64,000 nucleotides of DNA from positions 13,622 through 77,621 of the forward strand of contig JBAYUW010000002.1 of NCBI GenBank assembly GCA_041674925.1, given 5' to 3'. Below, piece by piece: positions 1 to 7,574 of the stretch (position 1 is its first letter; the number at the start of each line of letters is the position of its first letter). A program made the position numbers and the translations under genes. This DNA comes from Minisyncoccota bacterium (lineage in GTDB: Bacteria > Patescibacteriota > Minisyncoccia > Phycocordibacterales > GWA1-40-21). The notes under the pieces are model-generated. The model was given only the letters and a program-made list of their open reading frames with translations, was not told the origin of the DNA and searched no databases.

Positions 1-60
1 CTTAATCTCTACTTCATTGAGACCTATTTGACCGAGCAAGTTTTTAATTTCAATTTTCAT
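1..60 (-). CDS. First 20 codons of a gene running off the left edge; product unknown (N-terminus faintly TrmB/HTH-like)
   Basis: Reverse complement of 1-60 reads ATG... = MKIEIKNLLGQIGLNEVEIK with no stop. Too short for the ORF track. Confidence 0.3.
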   Translation of the reverse strand, partial: MKIEIKNLLGQIGLNEVEIK

Positions 61-210
61 TGTATTGTAGTAGCTATATTACAAAAATTTAGACTTTTTA
101 CACTAATTTAACCTTTACAGATAAGGCTTTTTACAGAACTCGTACAGAAATGACTTATTCTGTAGTTCTAATTATACATAAACAGACAAATATTGTAAAG
201 TATATGTGCC

Positions 211-1425
211 ATGAAAAAAGAAAAAATAAAAGAGGCAGTTAAAAAAATAAATACCCCATTCTTCATCTATGATGAGGCTATTCTTAATCGAAATATTAAT
301 AGAATAATAGAGGCGTCAAAAAATGCTAATATTGGGGGTCGAATACGTTTATTTGCCTCATATTTTACTAACTCCAACCCAAATTTATTCAAATCAATTC
401 AAAATGAGTCTGTTGGAATATTACTGCAAACCCCAGAAGAATGGCACCAACTTAAACCGTTTGGTTTGAACCGAGAGATGATTACATCCCCAAGTTTTTT
501 GTCGAATGAAGAGATTGATTTCTGGACAAACAAAAATATTACTATAAACCTGGCTTCGTTTGAAGAAATTAGATATTTCGTCCAAAAGTATAAAAAAGCT
601 CCTTTAAGTTTTCGTATCGATGCAACATTTTGGCAAAAACAGAGAACCGGTCTAAAGATTAAACAACTTAAGGAAATATCCGAATTTCTAAAAAATCAAT
701 CGGTTACACCATATTCATTTCATATATATTGTGGTACTGGTAGTTCCCTTAAGAAGATTAAGAAATATCTGATAAGAAGTCTAAAAATCTATCGTAAATA
801 TTTCCCAAATGTAAAAGAGATTAATCTTGGGGGCGGGTTTGCCTACGACTATAAGAGTCTACTAGTAGAAGAGAAGCACTTTGACTGGAGTTCCTACTTT
901 GCATATTTAAAACAGAAGATAAAGGAATTTAATATTTCCCCAGAAGTGAGATTTATACTAGAACCAGGCCGGGATATATTTGCTGATATCGGAGTGCAGG
1001 TATTGAAAGTGAAAAGGGTTGTTAATTATCCAAATTTAAAATCGGTATCGACCGATGGTTCATATGTTTTTATGCCTTCGGCCGCGAAACGAAACAGGAA
1101 ACATAATCTTGATTTCTACGATCAAAATTTTAATCTAATTCCAAAGGAAGAGTGTTTCTCTACTAAGCTCTCTGGTTCAACTACCCTATCGAGTGACTAC
1201 ATTATGCCTAACGTCGTTCAGATTCCAGAGCCAATAAAAGAATCAGATTACATCGTAGTAAAAGATCTAGGTGCTTATGGAGCTACCCAGCATATGGAAT
1301 TTTTAAACAAAAAACCTTGCCCTGAGATTTTAATAGATAACGAAGGAAAGCTGAAATTAATTACCACAGAAGGTGTGGAGGCTGATAAAACAAGATACGC
1401 CCTTTTAACTCCAAAGTTGCTATAA
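211..1425 (+). CDS. Fold-type III PLP-dependent decarboxylase homolog (diaminopimelate/ornithine/carboxyspermidine decarboxylase-like), possibly non-canonical active site
   Basis: 404 aa. Motifs TPFFIYDE, HIYCGTGS, INLGGGF, ILEPGRDIFADIGV and DLGAYGAT align by eye with LysA-type enzymes. The position of the Schiff-base Lys reads SYFTNSN. Confidence 0.7.
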   Translation: MKKEKIKEAVKKINTPFFIYDEAILNRNINRIIEASKNANIGGRIRLFASYFTNSNPNLFKSIQNESVGILLQTPEEWHQLKPFGLNREMITSPSFLSNEEIDFWTNKNITINLASFEEIRYFVQKYKKAPLSFRIDATFWQKQRTGLKIKQLKEISEFLKNQSVTPYSFHIYCGTGSSLKKIKKYLIRSLKIYRKYFPNVKEINLGGGFAYDYKSLLVEEKHFDWSSYFAYLKQKIKEFNISPEVRFILEPGRDIFADIGVQVLKVKRVVNYPNLKSVSTDGSYVFMPSAAKRNRKHNLDFYDQNFNLIPKEECFSTKLSGSTTLSSDYIMPNVVQIPEPIKESDYIVVKDLGAYGATQHMEFLNKKPCPEILIDNEGKLKLITTEGVEADKTRYALLTPKLL

Positions 1426-1446
1426 AGTTATAAAATTCTCCACAAA

Positions 1447-2265
1447 ATGAAAACTAAAGATACAAAACTATACACATCGGCCGAATCATATTTCCAAGGT
1501 CCCGATGGTATGAAAAACGAAGTAGCCATGTGGTTTGTTGCCGGTGGTTTACTCTTACAACATTTGGCTAAGAAGTCAGGTCATCGGCCCTTTGGCGGAC
1601 TTAACAGCTCAGACGGTGAAATCGAAAATTCTAGACTTTCACCAGTTGAAGTATTAGATCTTTGCAGTGGACCAGGGAATTTTGTTAACCATCTACAGTT
1701 TGTCTTTCCCAAACTCAAAGCCTTCTGTGTAGACGCTAACAAAATATTCATTGAAAGCGGTGAAAATATTTTTCCGAATTGGGTTTGGAAACATAGCAAC
1801 GCCGTAACTATTGATTTAAAGAGAAAGTTTGAAGTTATAACCATGAGTTCCGCATACCATCATATTTCTGACGAATACAAATGTGCCTTCCTTAAAAATG
1901 CTAAGAAACATTTGGCCAATGATGGAATAATCATTGTTTGTGAAAATTTTTTACCGGACTATCTAAATGTAAAAGAAAGAGCAGCTTCTGTAGAAAAATA
2001 TTACCTTGAATTAAAAAAATACTATAATCAAGGGAATGCGACACCCGAAGCCCTAAAATCAATCGAGGAGGTCTACCAATTAGAAAAATTTGGAGTAGAA
2101 GAGCACAAAGTATCCTACAGGTTATTCACCTTAATGCTAGAAAAAGTAGGGCTTCTAATTGATCAAGACGTAATAGTCTGGCAACCCGACTCACTTAGAA
2201 CTGAAAATGCTGGATCTCACGTTCTTGTATTAAAGAAAATGCCATATAAAAATACATTTTTATGA
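1447..2265 (+). CDS. Class I SAM-dependent methyltransferase
   Basis: 272 aa. Motif I VLDLCSGPGNF; ends in TGA stop at 2263-2265. Confidence 0.75.
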   Translation: MKTKDTKLYTSAESYFQGPDGMKNEVAMWFVAGGLLLQHLAKKSGHRPFGGLNSSDGEIENSRLSPVEVLDLCSGPGNFVNHLQFVFPKLKAFCVDANKIFIESGENIFPNWVWKHSNAVTIDLKRKFEVITMSSAYHHISDEYKCAFLKNAKKHLANDGIIIVCENFLPDYLNVKERAASVEKYYLELKKYYNQGNATPEALKSIEEVYQLEKFGVEEHKVSYRLFTLMLEKVGLLIDQDVIVWQPDSLRTENAGSHVLVLKKMPYKNTFL

Positions 2266-2287
2266 AGCCTCTCGAGCTAACTCTCAA

Positions 2288-2361
2288 TGGTCGGGGCGCC
2301 GGGATTTGAACCCGAACTGCATGCTCCCAAAGCATGTATGCTACCGTTACACCACGCCCCG
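2288..2361 (-). tRNA. tRNA-Pro (anticodon UGG), CCA encoded
   Basis: Hand-folded cloverleaf: acceptor CGGGGCG/CGCCCCG, anticodon loop TTTGGGA, T-loop TTCAAAT, 3' ACCA. TATAAT lies 9 nt upstream of the mature 5' end. Confidence 0.9.
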
Positions 2362-2413
2362 ATATCTTAAATTATAAACAAACCTATTAAAGTCCGAAAA
2401 TATTAGTCTGTTA

Positions 2414-2470
2414 CTACCGTTACATTTACCCGCCAAAGTTTCTGAACGCCGGCGGGCCACGCCCCGATAT
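2414..2470 (-). repeat. Partial duplicate of the tRNA-Pro 5' portion (acceptor + D-arm) interrupted by a 32-nt hairpin-forming insert
   Basis: ccacgccccgatat (2457-2470) equals 2352-2365. ctaccgttaca (2414-2424) equals 2341-2351. The insert contains CCCGCC...GGCGGG. Confidence 0.7.
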
Positions 2471-2487
2471 GGAGAGATATTAGCACA

Positions 2488-3369
2488 TTATACTTTATTT
2501 GGGAAACATTCCTTAAGAAAATCCCAAAACTGAGGCCAGCTTTTACTTACACAGCCTGGATTAGAAAATTTTACTTTTTTATTTTTCAAAACACCAAGCA
2601 TGGCTATTGACTGTACAACTCGGTGATCATTCGTTTCTATCACTTCCCCGCCTTCAAACTGTCGCAAACATTTTTCCATTTCGTCTAGGCGATTCGATTC
2701 ATGTCCTTGTATTGCCGGAAATCTTTTTGCTCCCTCTTCTTTATTGATTAAATTAAAAGCACGGGCGAAACAATAATCATCGGGATTAGAGGCTCTGAAA
2801 CTAGTTTTATTTTTTTCTAATAATTCCAAGAAAGCTTCTGCTTGACGCCCTAAAATTTGATCGTGTCTAATATCATAAACTAACCCCTCTTTTCTCCGAT
2901 CTTGCCAGTGTTTAAGGGCTTCAGAAGTAAGCTTGAGAAAATATGGTGAATTTTCTATTTTCTCCTCGTTCCCCAACAAAACTGCCGCACTTGCCCACTG
3001 ACTAGTTCCCTTATCAAGCTCAAGCAATTTCGCGAGCGGCCATTTCACTATTTCCGGATTATTACACACGTCCCTTTTGATCAATGTCCCCTCTTTAATT
3101 AATTTTTTATTTAATTTCAATTTCCAGATTGCAAATTGTAGATAACGAAAAAGAGTGCCCGATTCCCCAACGGAAATTTCATTCTTTGTCTCCCAATTTT
3201 TTGCTGCATTAAATAGAGCACTCACATCCCCACCCAAATTTTTTCTGTCTTCTTTTTCTAAAATTTTTACAATATCCTTTTTGCCATTCAAAATATCCAA
3301 AACCCCCATCCGTATCATCCAGTATTTATCTAGTGGTATATAATTATCTAAATTTAATTCTCTAGTCAT
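2488..3369 (-). CDS. Short EPSP-synthase-like (enolpyruvyl transferase fold) protein, about 293 aa versus about 430 aa for AroA
   Basis: By-eye matches to AroA motifs: PLDKYWMIR (LPGSKSxxNR), VGESGTLFRYL (GNAGTAMRPL), GTSQWASAAVLL (SSQFLTALL), GHESNRL (KETDRL), NDHRVVQSIAML (NDHRMAM), SKSWPQFWDFL (AKTFPDYF). The central third of AroA seems absent. Confidence 0.6.
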   Translation of the reverse strand: MTRELNLDNYIPLDKYWMIRMGVLDILNGKKDIVKILEKEDRKNLGGDVSALFNAAKNWETKNEISVGESGTLFRYLQFAIWKLKLNKKLIKEGTLIKRDVCNNPEIVKWPLAKLLELDKGTSQWASAAVLLGNEEKIENSPYFLKLTSEALKHWQDRRKEGLVYDIRHDQILGRQAEAFLELLEKNKTSFRASNPDDYCFARAFNLINKEEGAKRFPAIQGHESNRLDEMEKCLRQFEGGEVIETNDHRVVQSIAMLGVLKNKKVKFSNPGCVSKSWPQFWDFLKECFPNKV

Positions 3370-4281
3370 TTATTTAAGAATACAATCACAGAAATCCCCC
3401 AACATACTTTCCACTGTCGCCTCCGCCCCCGCCCCCAGACCAAAAGCTTTCTTTTCACCATTAATATACAAGATATTATCGACTCCGTCCGGCAACCAAT
3501 CAGCTTTTGTGTCTTCGATGAAGCCACAGCGAATTTTTTCTTTATTCAAATCAATAATACATCTTTTCGAAATTAAATCTTTTTGTGTGGATAAAATAAC
3601 TTCAACATTTTCTCTTGTGATAATCTTATCAAACAAACCGGAATGATTTGCGATAATAATTGTTTTCAAAACCACATCATTCATTTCTGCTTTTATAATC
3701 TCCTCCAAAGTTTTTGCTCCCGGCTCAGCAAAACCTTTTTCTAAAACCTCTTTCACGGTTTCCTCAACCGAGTTCCCGTTTTTTAAGTTACATGAAATAT
3801 AATTCAAAGTACCGTTCACCACCCCCTTTATGTTTACAATATCTTTCGATTTATATCTCGAAATCTCCTTCAGCATTTTTGTCCCCCCTCCAACTGACGC
3901 CGTGTATCTTAAAATATTCTTATATTGTCTCAGTGTATCCCAATGATAAGCTATCGAGGCCTTCTCGCAAGTAATTACACTTTTTCTTTTTTCTAGTAGA
4001 GCCAAACTATACTTGAGAGCCTCCTCCCCTTTTCCAATTGTCGGAATGCAGACAAAAGCAACGTCGATATCATCAATAAAATTTTTCCAATTTTCTTTTT
4101 CCGAAATTTTATTTAAACCAAAATCAAATACGCCATCAGATCTCACAATATACTTTATTTCAATTTTTTCCTTAGAAATATTCCTTCTCAGTGTCGATCC
4201 TATATTTCCTAGACCAAAAATCATTCCCTTTTTCATTATTAGAGTATACCAGAAAGATATCTTAAAATCTCTATCGGACAT
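3370..4281 (-). CDS. Homoserine dehydrogenase-like NAD(P)-binding protein
   Basis: 303 aa. GLGNIGS Rossmann motif; VNGTLNYI...GFAEPG...D..LK matches the Homoserine_dh signature. Its stop directly abuts the start of the EPSPS-like gene. An alternative ATG at 4236 would put the Rossmann motif at the N-terminus. Confidence 0.7.
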   Translation of the reverse strand: MSDRDFKISFWYTLIMKKGMIFGLGNIGSTLRRNISKEKIEIKYIVRSDGVFDFGLNKISEKENWKNFIDDIDVAFVCIPTIGKGEEALKYSLALLEKRKSVITCEKASIAYHWDTLRQYKNILRYTASVGGGTKMLKEISRYKSKDIVNIKGVVNGTLNYISCNLKNGNSVEETVKEVLEKGFAEPGAKTLEEIIKAEMNDVVLKTIIIANHSGLFDKIITRENVEVILSTQKDLISKRCIIDLNKEKIRCGFIEDTKADWLPDGVDNILYINGEKKAFGLGAGAEATVESMLGDFCDCILK

Positions 4282-4291
4282 CCAAAGGACA

Positions 4292-4699
4292 TTACAAAAC
4301 TATGTCTTCCAGATGATTAATCTGAGCCTTTTTGGTCATAAAATCTAAATACACCACCACAATATCAAGCTGCCAATCGGTTTTATATGAAACATTGAGC
4401 AGGTAGGTCTGTATCACCCTAGCTAAGCGCCTTAATTTCCAAGGGTGTATGTTATCTTCCGGTCTATATTGATCCAAATCTCCCGTTTCACGCGAAACGT
4501 ATGGATGAGAAACAGTTTTTACCTCAATAAAGTGAAGTTTTTTGTCTTTTTGAGCAATAATATCAATTTCTCCCCACTTCCTGAGATAATTACGTCCAAT
4601 AATCCGAAAACCATGTTTCACAAGAAACCTACACGTAATATTTTCCCCAACATCACCGACCTTTCTTTTTCTTGTTCGATTATCTTTCACGCCGAGCAT
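4292..4699 (-). CDS. yraN: YraN/UPF0102 family endonuclease-like protein
   Basis: 135 aa. GENITCRFLVKHGFRIIGRNYL..GEIDIIA...HFIEVKT. The ATG at 4699 overlaps a TAGGAT -10-like box; a GTG at 4690 would fit a leaderless start. Confidence 0.75.
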   Translation of the reverse strand: MLGVKDNRTRKRKVGDVGENITCRFLVKHGFRIIGRNYLRKWGEIDIIAQKDKKLHFIEVKTVSHPYVSRETGDLDQYRPEDNIHPWKLRRLARVIQTYLLNVSYKTDWQLDIVVVYLDFMTKKAQINHLEDIVL

Positions 4700-4736
4700 C
4701 CTACACCAGATAGGATCCGTCGTGCAACAAGGGCGC

Positions 4737-4745
4737 TGTGGATAA
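4737..4745 (-). promoter_or_regulatory. Perfect DnaA-box-like TTATCCACA(G) motif upstream of yraN
   Basis: Plus strand reads tgtggataa. Lies 42 nt upstream of a TAGGAT box. Confidence 0.5.
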
Positions 4746-4757
4746 CCTGGCCGAGGT

Positions 4758-5387
4758 CTAGGTCTTTCTTAGGGCTAAAGTGAAAGACGGCCCATATTCG
4801 CTGTCATGAATAGTCTTATATACAACTTCAAAATAATTGCCAAGCATCCCAACTAAATCTTCCGGTTTGTATGAATAATAATATTTAGTATCGCCAAGAT
4901 TTACGATCTCCATCTCCTTATAATCTCCGTATTTGCTAGAAATATACAAAATACCTCCTATTTTTAACCATTTACCAGCTTTCTGGAGTAAAACGGCCAA
5001 ATCCTCATGTTTCATATGTAACACGGTGGCAAAAGAGAAAATAATTCCAAATTGATTATCTGAAAACTCTACTTCTCTCAAGTCTTTAACCTGAAACATT
5101 ACACGTGGAACCTTTTTTTTGGCAAAATCAATTAAACCAGCTGAAGCGTCTAATCCATTGTAATTTTCTATCCCGACTTGTGAAACTATGTATTTGGCTT
5201 CCTTGCCATTACCACAGCCAAGCTCTAATACAGCGAGCGAACCAGATTTATTAAAGTTAAACGCTCGATCTATATCATCTTTCCTAACAGCATAAGTATA
5301 AAATTTTTCAGCATAAAAAGCCGCATTTTTATCATAGGCTTCTATTGTTTTCTTGTTTTTATCTAGTTTCATATGTAACCGTTTCAC
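4758..5387 (-). CDS. Class I SAM-dependent methyltransferase
   Basis: 209 aa. Motif I VLELGCGNGKE. The track start is GTG at 5387; the ATG at 5372 (MKLDKNKK...) is an equally plausible start. Confidence 0.75.
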   Translation of the reverse strand: MKRLHMKLDKNKKTIEAYDKNAAFYAEKFYTYAVRKDDIDRAFNFNKSGSLAVLELGCGNGKEAKYIVSQVGIENYNGLDASAGLIDFAKKKVPRVMFQVKDLREVEFSDNQFGIIFSFATVLHMKHEDLAVLLQKAGKWLKIGGILYISSKYGDYKEMEIVNLGDTKYYYSYKPEDLVGMLGNYFEVVYKTIHDSEYGPSFTLALRKT

Positions 5388-5395
5388 GTGAAACG
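5380..5395. promoter_or_regulatory. 16-bp perfect palindrome CGTTTCACGTGAAACG at the 5' end of the methyltransferase gene
   Basis: The sequence is its own reverse complement. A near copy, cgtttcacgcgaaacg, lies at 4484-4499. Confidence 0.35.
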
Positions 5396-5457
5396 TTTGT
5401 TGATTTTATTGGACAAAATGGGTATAAAAGACGTCTTTTATCAACATATCCCCATAG

Positions 5458-5466
5458 TTATCCACA
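5458..5466 (+). promoter_or_regulatory. Perfect TTATCCACA(G) motif upstream of the tRNA-Gly/tRNA-Arg/cca unit
   Basis: agTTATCCACAGttt; a TAGAAT box follows 37 nt downstream. Confidence 0.5.
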
Positions 5467-5624
5467 GTTTAGACAAAATTCATAATCGAGTCTGTAGAAT
5501 AAGGGTTTTCAAAAAGACGCTATATCCCTAAACATTAAAGGACTAGCGATAGTATTGTAACATATTAAATGTTTCGCATTCAAAATTTGTAAAAAAAACA
5601 AAATTAAGTTATAGTGTTTGGGTT

Positions 5625-5695
5625 GCGGGTATGGTTTAATGGTAGAACAGGTCCTTGCCAAGGATCAGATCCGAGTCCGATTCTCGGTACCCGCA
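5625..5695 (+). tRNA. tRNA-Gly (anticodon GCC), no encoded CCA
   Basis: Acceptor GCGGGTA/TACCCGC, anticodon loop TTGCCAA, T-arm CCGAG-TCCGATT-CTCGG. Upstream TTGTAA-N17-TATAGT. Confidence 0.9.
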
Positions 5696-5723
5696 CACCG
5701 AATCGTTTATAAATTAAGTGATT

Positions 5724-5795
5724 GCTCCCATGGTGAAATGGATATCACAACGGTCTTCGGAACCGTTATTGTGGGTTCGAATCCTACTGGGGGCA
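5724..5795 (+). tRNA. tRNA-Arg (anticodon UCG), no encoded CCA
   Basis: Acceptor GCTCCCA/TGGGGGC, anticodon loop CTTCGGA, T-loop TTCGAAT. Confidence 0.9.
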
Positions 5796-5805
5796 CAAAA
5801 AGAAG

Positions 5806-7296
5806 ATGCTCAAAAAGTCTCAAAAATCGGACAACTTGAATATCCCATCTGAAGTTCTAACTGTCGTAAAAACCTTGAAAAATAAGGGTTTTGAAGCGTA
5901 TTTGATTGGTGGTTGTGTGCGCGATATTTTACTTGGGCGCAAGCCAAAAGATTGGGACGTGACGACTGACGCAGTACCGGAAGAAATAATTTCTTCATTC
6001 GAAGATACTTTTTATGAAAATAATTATGGTACGGTTGGTGTGGTAAATGAGGAGGCAAAAGATGAAACTCTAAAAGTGATTGAAGTGACTCCATATAGAC
6101 TAGAGGCGGAATATTCGGATAATAGGAGACCGGATCATGTGACTTTCAGTAAAAAACTGGAAGATGATTTGCAAAGAAGAGATTTCACAATTAATGCCAT
6201 TGCGTTTGATCCAATCGAGGAGAAATATTTCGATTACTATCAAGGACAGGATGATCTGAAAGATAAAATTCTGAGAACAGTGGGGGAACCACATGATCGT
6301 TTTACCGAGGATGGCTTGAGAATCTTGCGAGCGGTGCGAATTGCCACTGAAATTGGCTTTGAAATTGATAAAAAGACCGAAAAAGCCATAATTAGCAACG
6401 CTAATTTGCTGACCAATATCGCCAAGGAACGAATCCGAGACGAATTCGCCAGAATAGTTATGTCAGATAATCCGATGGACGGCCTTGTTTTAAGCCATAA
6501 ATTAGGCCTAATGCCCTATATTGTGCCAGAATTGGAAAAAGCCGTCAGTATTGAGCAAAGCCGGTCCCATGTTTATGATGTCTTTGAGCATAGTTTAAGG
6601 GCCTTACAGCATGCCTCTAGCAAGAAATATACTCTGGAGATGAGATTGGCCGCTCTGTTTCACGATATTGGCAAGCCAGTTTCACGACGCTGGGATAAAG
6701 GACAAAATATCTGGACCTTTTATGGGCATGAAGTGGTCGGAGCAAAAATGGTAGAAAAAATTTTAACAGATTTGAGATTTTCGAAAAAAGTAATTGAAAA
6801 AGTTGTGAAGCTGGTCCGCTGGCATATGTTTTTTGCTGACACCGAACAAATTTCTTTATCGGCAGTGCGAAGAATAATTTCTAGTGTTGGCCGTGACAAT
6901 ATTTGGGACTTAATGAATTTGCGTGGTTGTGATCGAATGGGTATGGGGCGACCAAAAGAAAGTCCATATCGTTTGCGAAAATATCATTCGATGGTGGAAG
7001 AAGCGATGACCGATCCGATTTCGGTTGGTATGCTAAAGCTGGACGGAAAGGGGATCATGGACACCACCAAAGAAGCGCCGGGTCCCAAAATAGGCTTTAT
7101 TTTACACGCTCTTTTGGAAGAAGTGCTGGATAATCCGACCTTAAATACCGAAGAATATCTCAAAAAAAGAGCCAAAGAATTAGCCAAATTGGACATTGCT
7201 GAATTACAAAAACTTGGTGAGTCTGGTAAGGAAACAAAAGAAAAAGAAGAGGAAAAAAAGATTGAAGAGATTCGTAAAAAACATTGGGTGCAATAA
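5806..7296 (+). CDS. cca: CCA-adding tRNA nucleotidyltransferase with HD domain
   Basis: 496 aa. GGCVRDILLGRKPKDWDVTT (pol-beta NTase head), RRDFTINA, HD motif LFHDIGKP. Starts 10 nt after tRNA-Arg. Confidence 0.9.
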   Translation: MLKKSQKSDNLNIPSEVLTVVKTLKNKGFEAYLIGGCVRDILLGRKPKDWDVTTDAVPEEIISSFEDTFYENNYGTVGVVNEEAKDETLKVIEVTPYRLEAEYSDNRRPDHVTFSKKLEDDLQRRDFTINAIAFDPIEEKYFDYYQGQDDLKDKILRTVGEPHDRFTEDGLRILRAVRIATEIGFEIDKKTEKAIISNANLLTNIAKERIRDEFARIVMSDNPMDGLVLSHKLGLMPYIVPELEKAVSIEQSRSHVYDVFEHSLRALQHASSKKYTLEMRLAALFHDIGKPVSRRWDKGQNIWTFYGHEVVGAKMVEKILTDLRFSKKVIEKVVKLVRWHMFFADTEQISLSAVRRIISSVGRDNIWDLMNLRGCDRMGMGRPKESPYRLRKYHSMVEEAMTDPISVGMLKLDGKGIMDTTKEAPGPKIGFILHALLEEVLDNPTLNTEEYLKKRAKELAKLDIAELQKLGESGKETKEKEEEKKIEEIRKKHWVQ

Positions 7297-7302
7297 AATT
7301 TC

Positions 7303-7492
7303 TCCATAAAAAATCACCCGAATCAGGTGTTTCATAGTCGGATGAAAGACGAGCTTCGAGTGATTGTTGAAGCCGTCCATGTTTCAGGAAGCGAGCTTCG
7401 TTGTTATGATGTGGCCAGACATCATGTGGTGAGAAAGAACATTTTTCTTCAAGGCAGAAGCTGGAGAAAATTCGCTTCGGTTACCTTGGTCT
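7303..7492 (-). ncRNA. Candidate ~190-nt small RNA of unknown class
   Basis: Bounded by a canonical minus-strand promoter (7499-7527) and a minus-strand intrinsic terminator (7307-7329). Hairpins ATGATGT-ctggcc-ACATCAT and TTTCAT-ccgact-ATGAAA. About 47 percent G+C in a hand-counted 60-nt sample. No ORF with a credible start inside the predicted transcript. Confidence 0.4.
7307..7329 (-). terminator. Rho-independent terminator (minus orientation)
   Basis: Minus strand reads CACCTG-att-CGGGTG-a-TTTTTT. The U-G wobble on the minus strand becomes a C-A mismatch on the plus strand. Confidence 0.6.
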
Positions 7493-7498
7493 GTTCTT

Positions 7499-7527
7499 AT
7501 TATATGTCCAATAGAAAATACTGTAAA
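7499..7527 (-). promoter_or_regulatory. Sigma70-type promoter TTTACA-N17-TATAAT for the candidate sRNA
   Basis: -35 at 7522-7527 and -10 at 7499-7504 (minus-strand reading). No protein gene lies downstream before the terminator. Confidence 0.5.
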
Positions 7528-7536
7528 GGACATACC

Positions 7537-7545
7537 TGTGGATAA
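7537..7545 (-). promoter_or_regulatory. Perfect TTATCCACA(G) motif upstream of the sRNA promoter
   Basis: Plus strand reads tgtggataa. The motif starts 41 nt upstream of the TATAAT. Confidence 0.5.
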
Positions 7546-7574
7546 CTTTTTTGGTCTGTCCTTTATAAAAACCC

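Noticed and set aside
4700-4757. GC-rich 58-nt spacer between yraN and the methyltransferase as a possible RNA gene
   Set aside because: It is too short for any RNA family considered. It is explained by the TTATCCACAG motif plus the yraN promoter.
5618-5839. 73-aa ORF on the plus strand
   Set aside because: It is made of tRNA-Gly and tRNA-Arg sequence read as codons. The two cloverleaves explain the region completely.
7297-7574. SRP (4.5S) RNA in the cca-xth gap or in 48714-48960
   Set aside because: There are superficial matches only (CAAGGCAGAAGCUGG; ACCAGGCCGUCC). The GGAA tetraloop/AGCA symmetric-loop core of domain IV is not present in either region.
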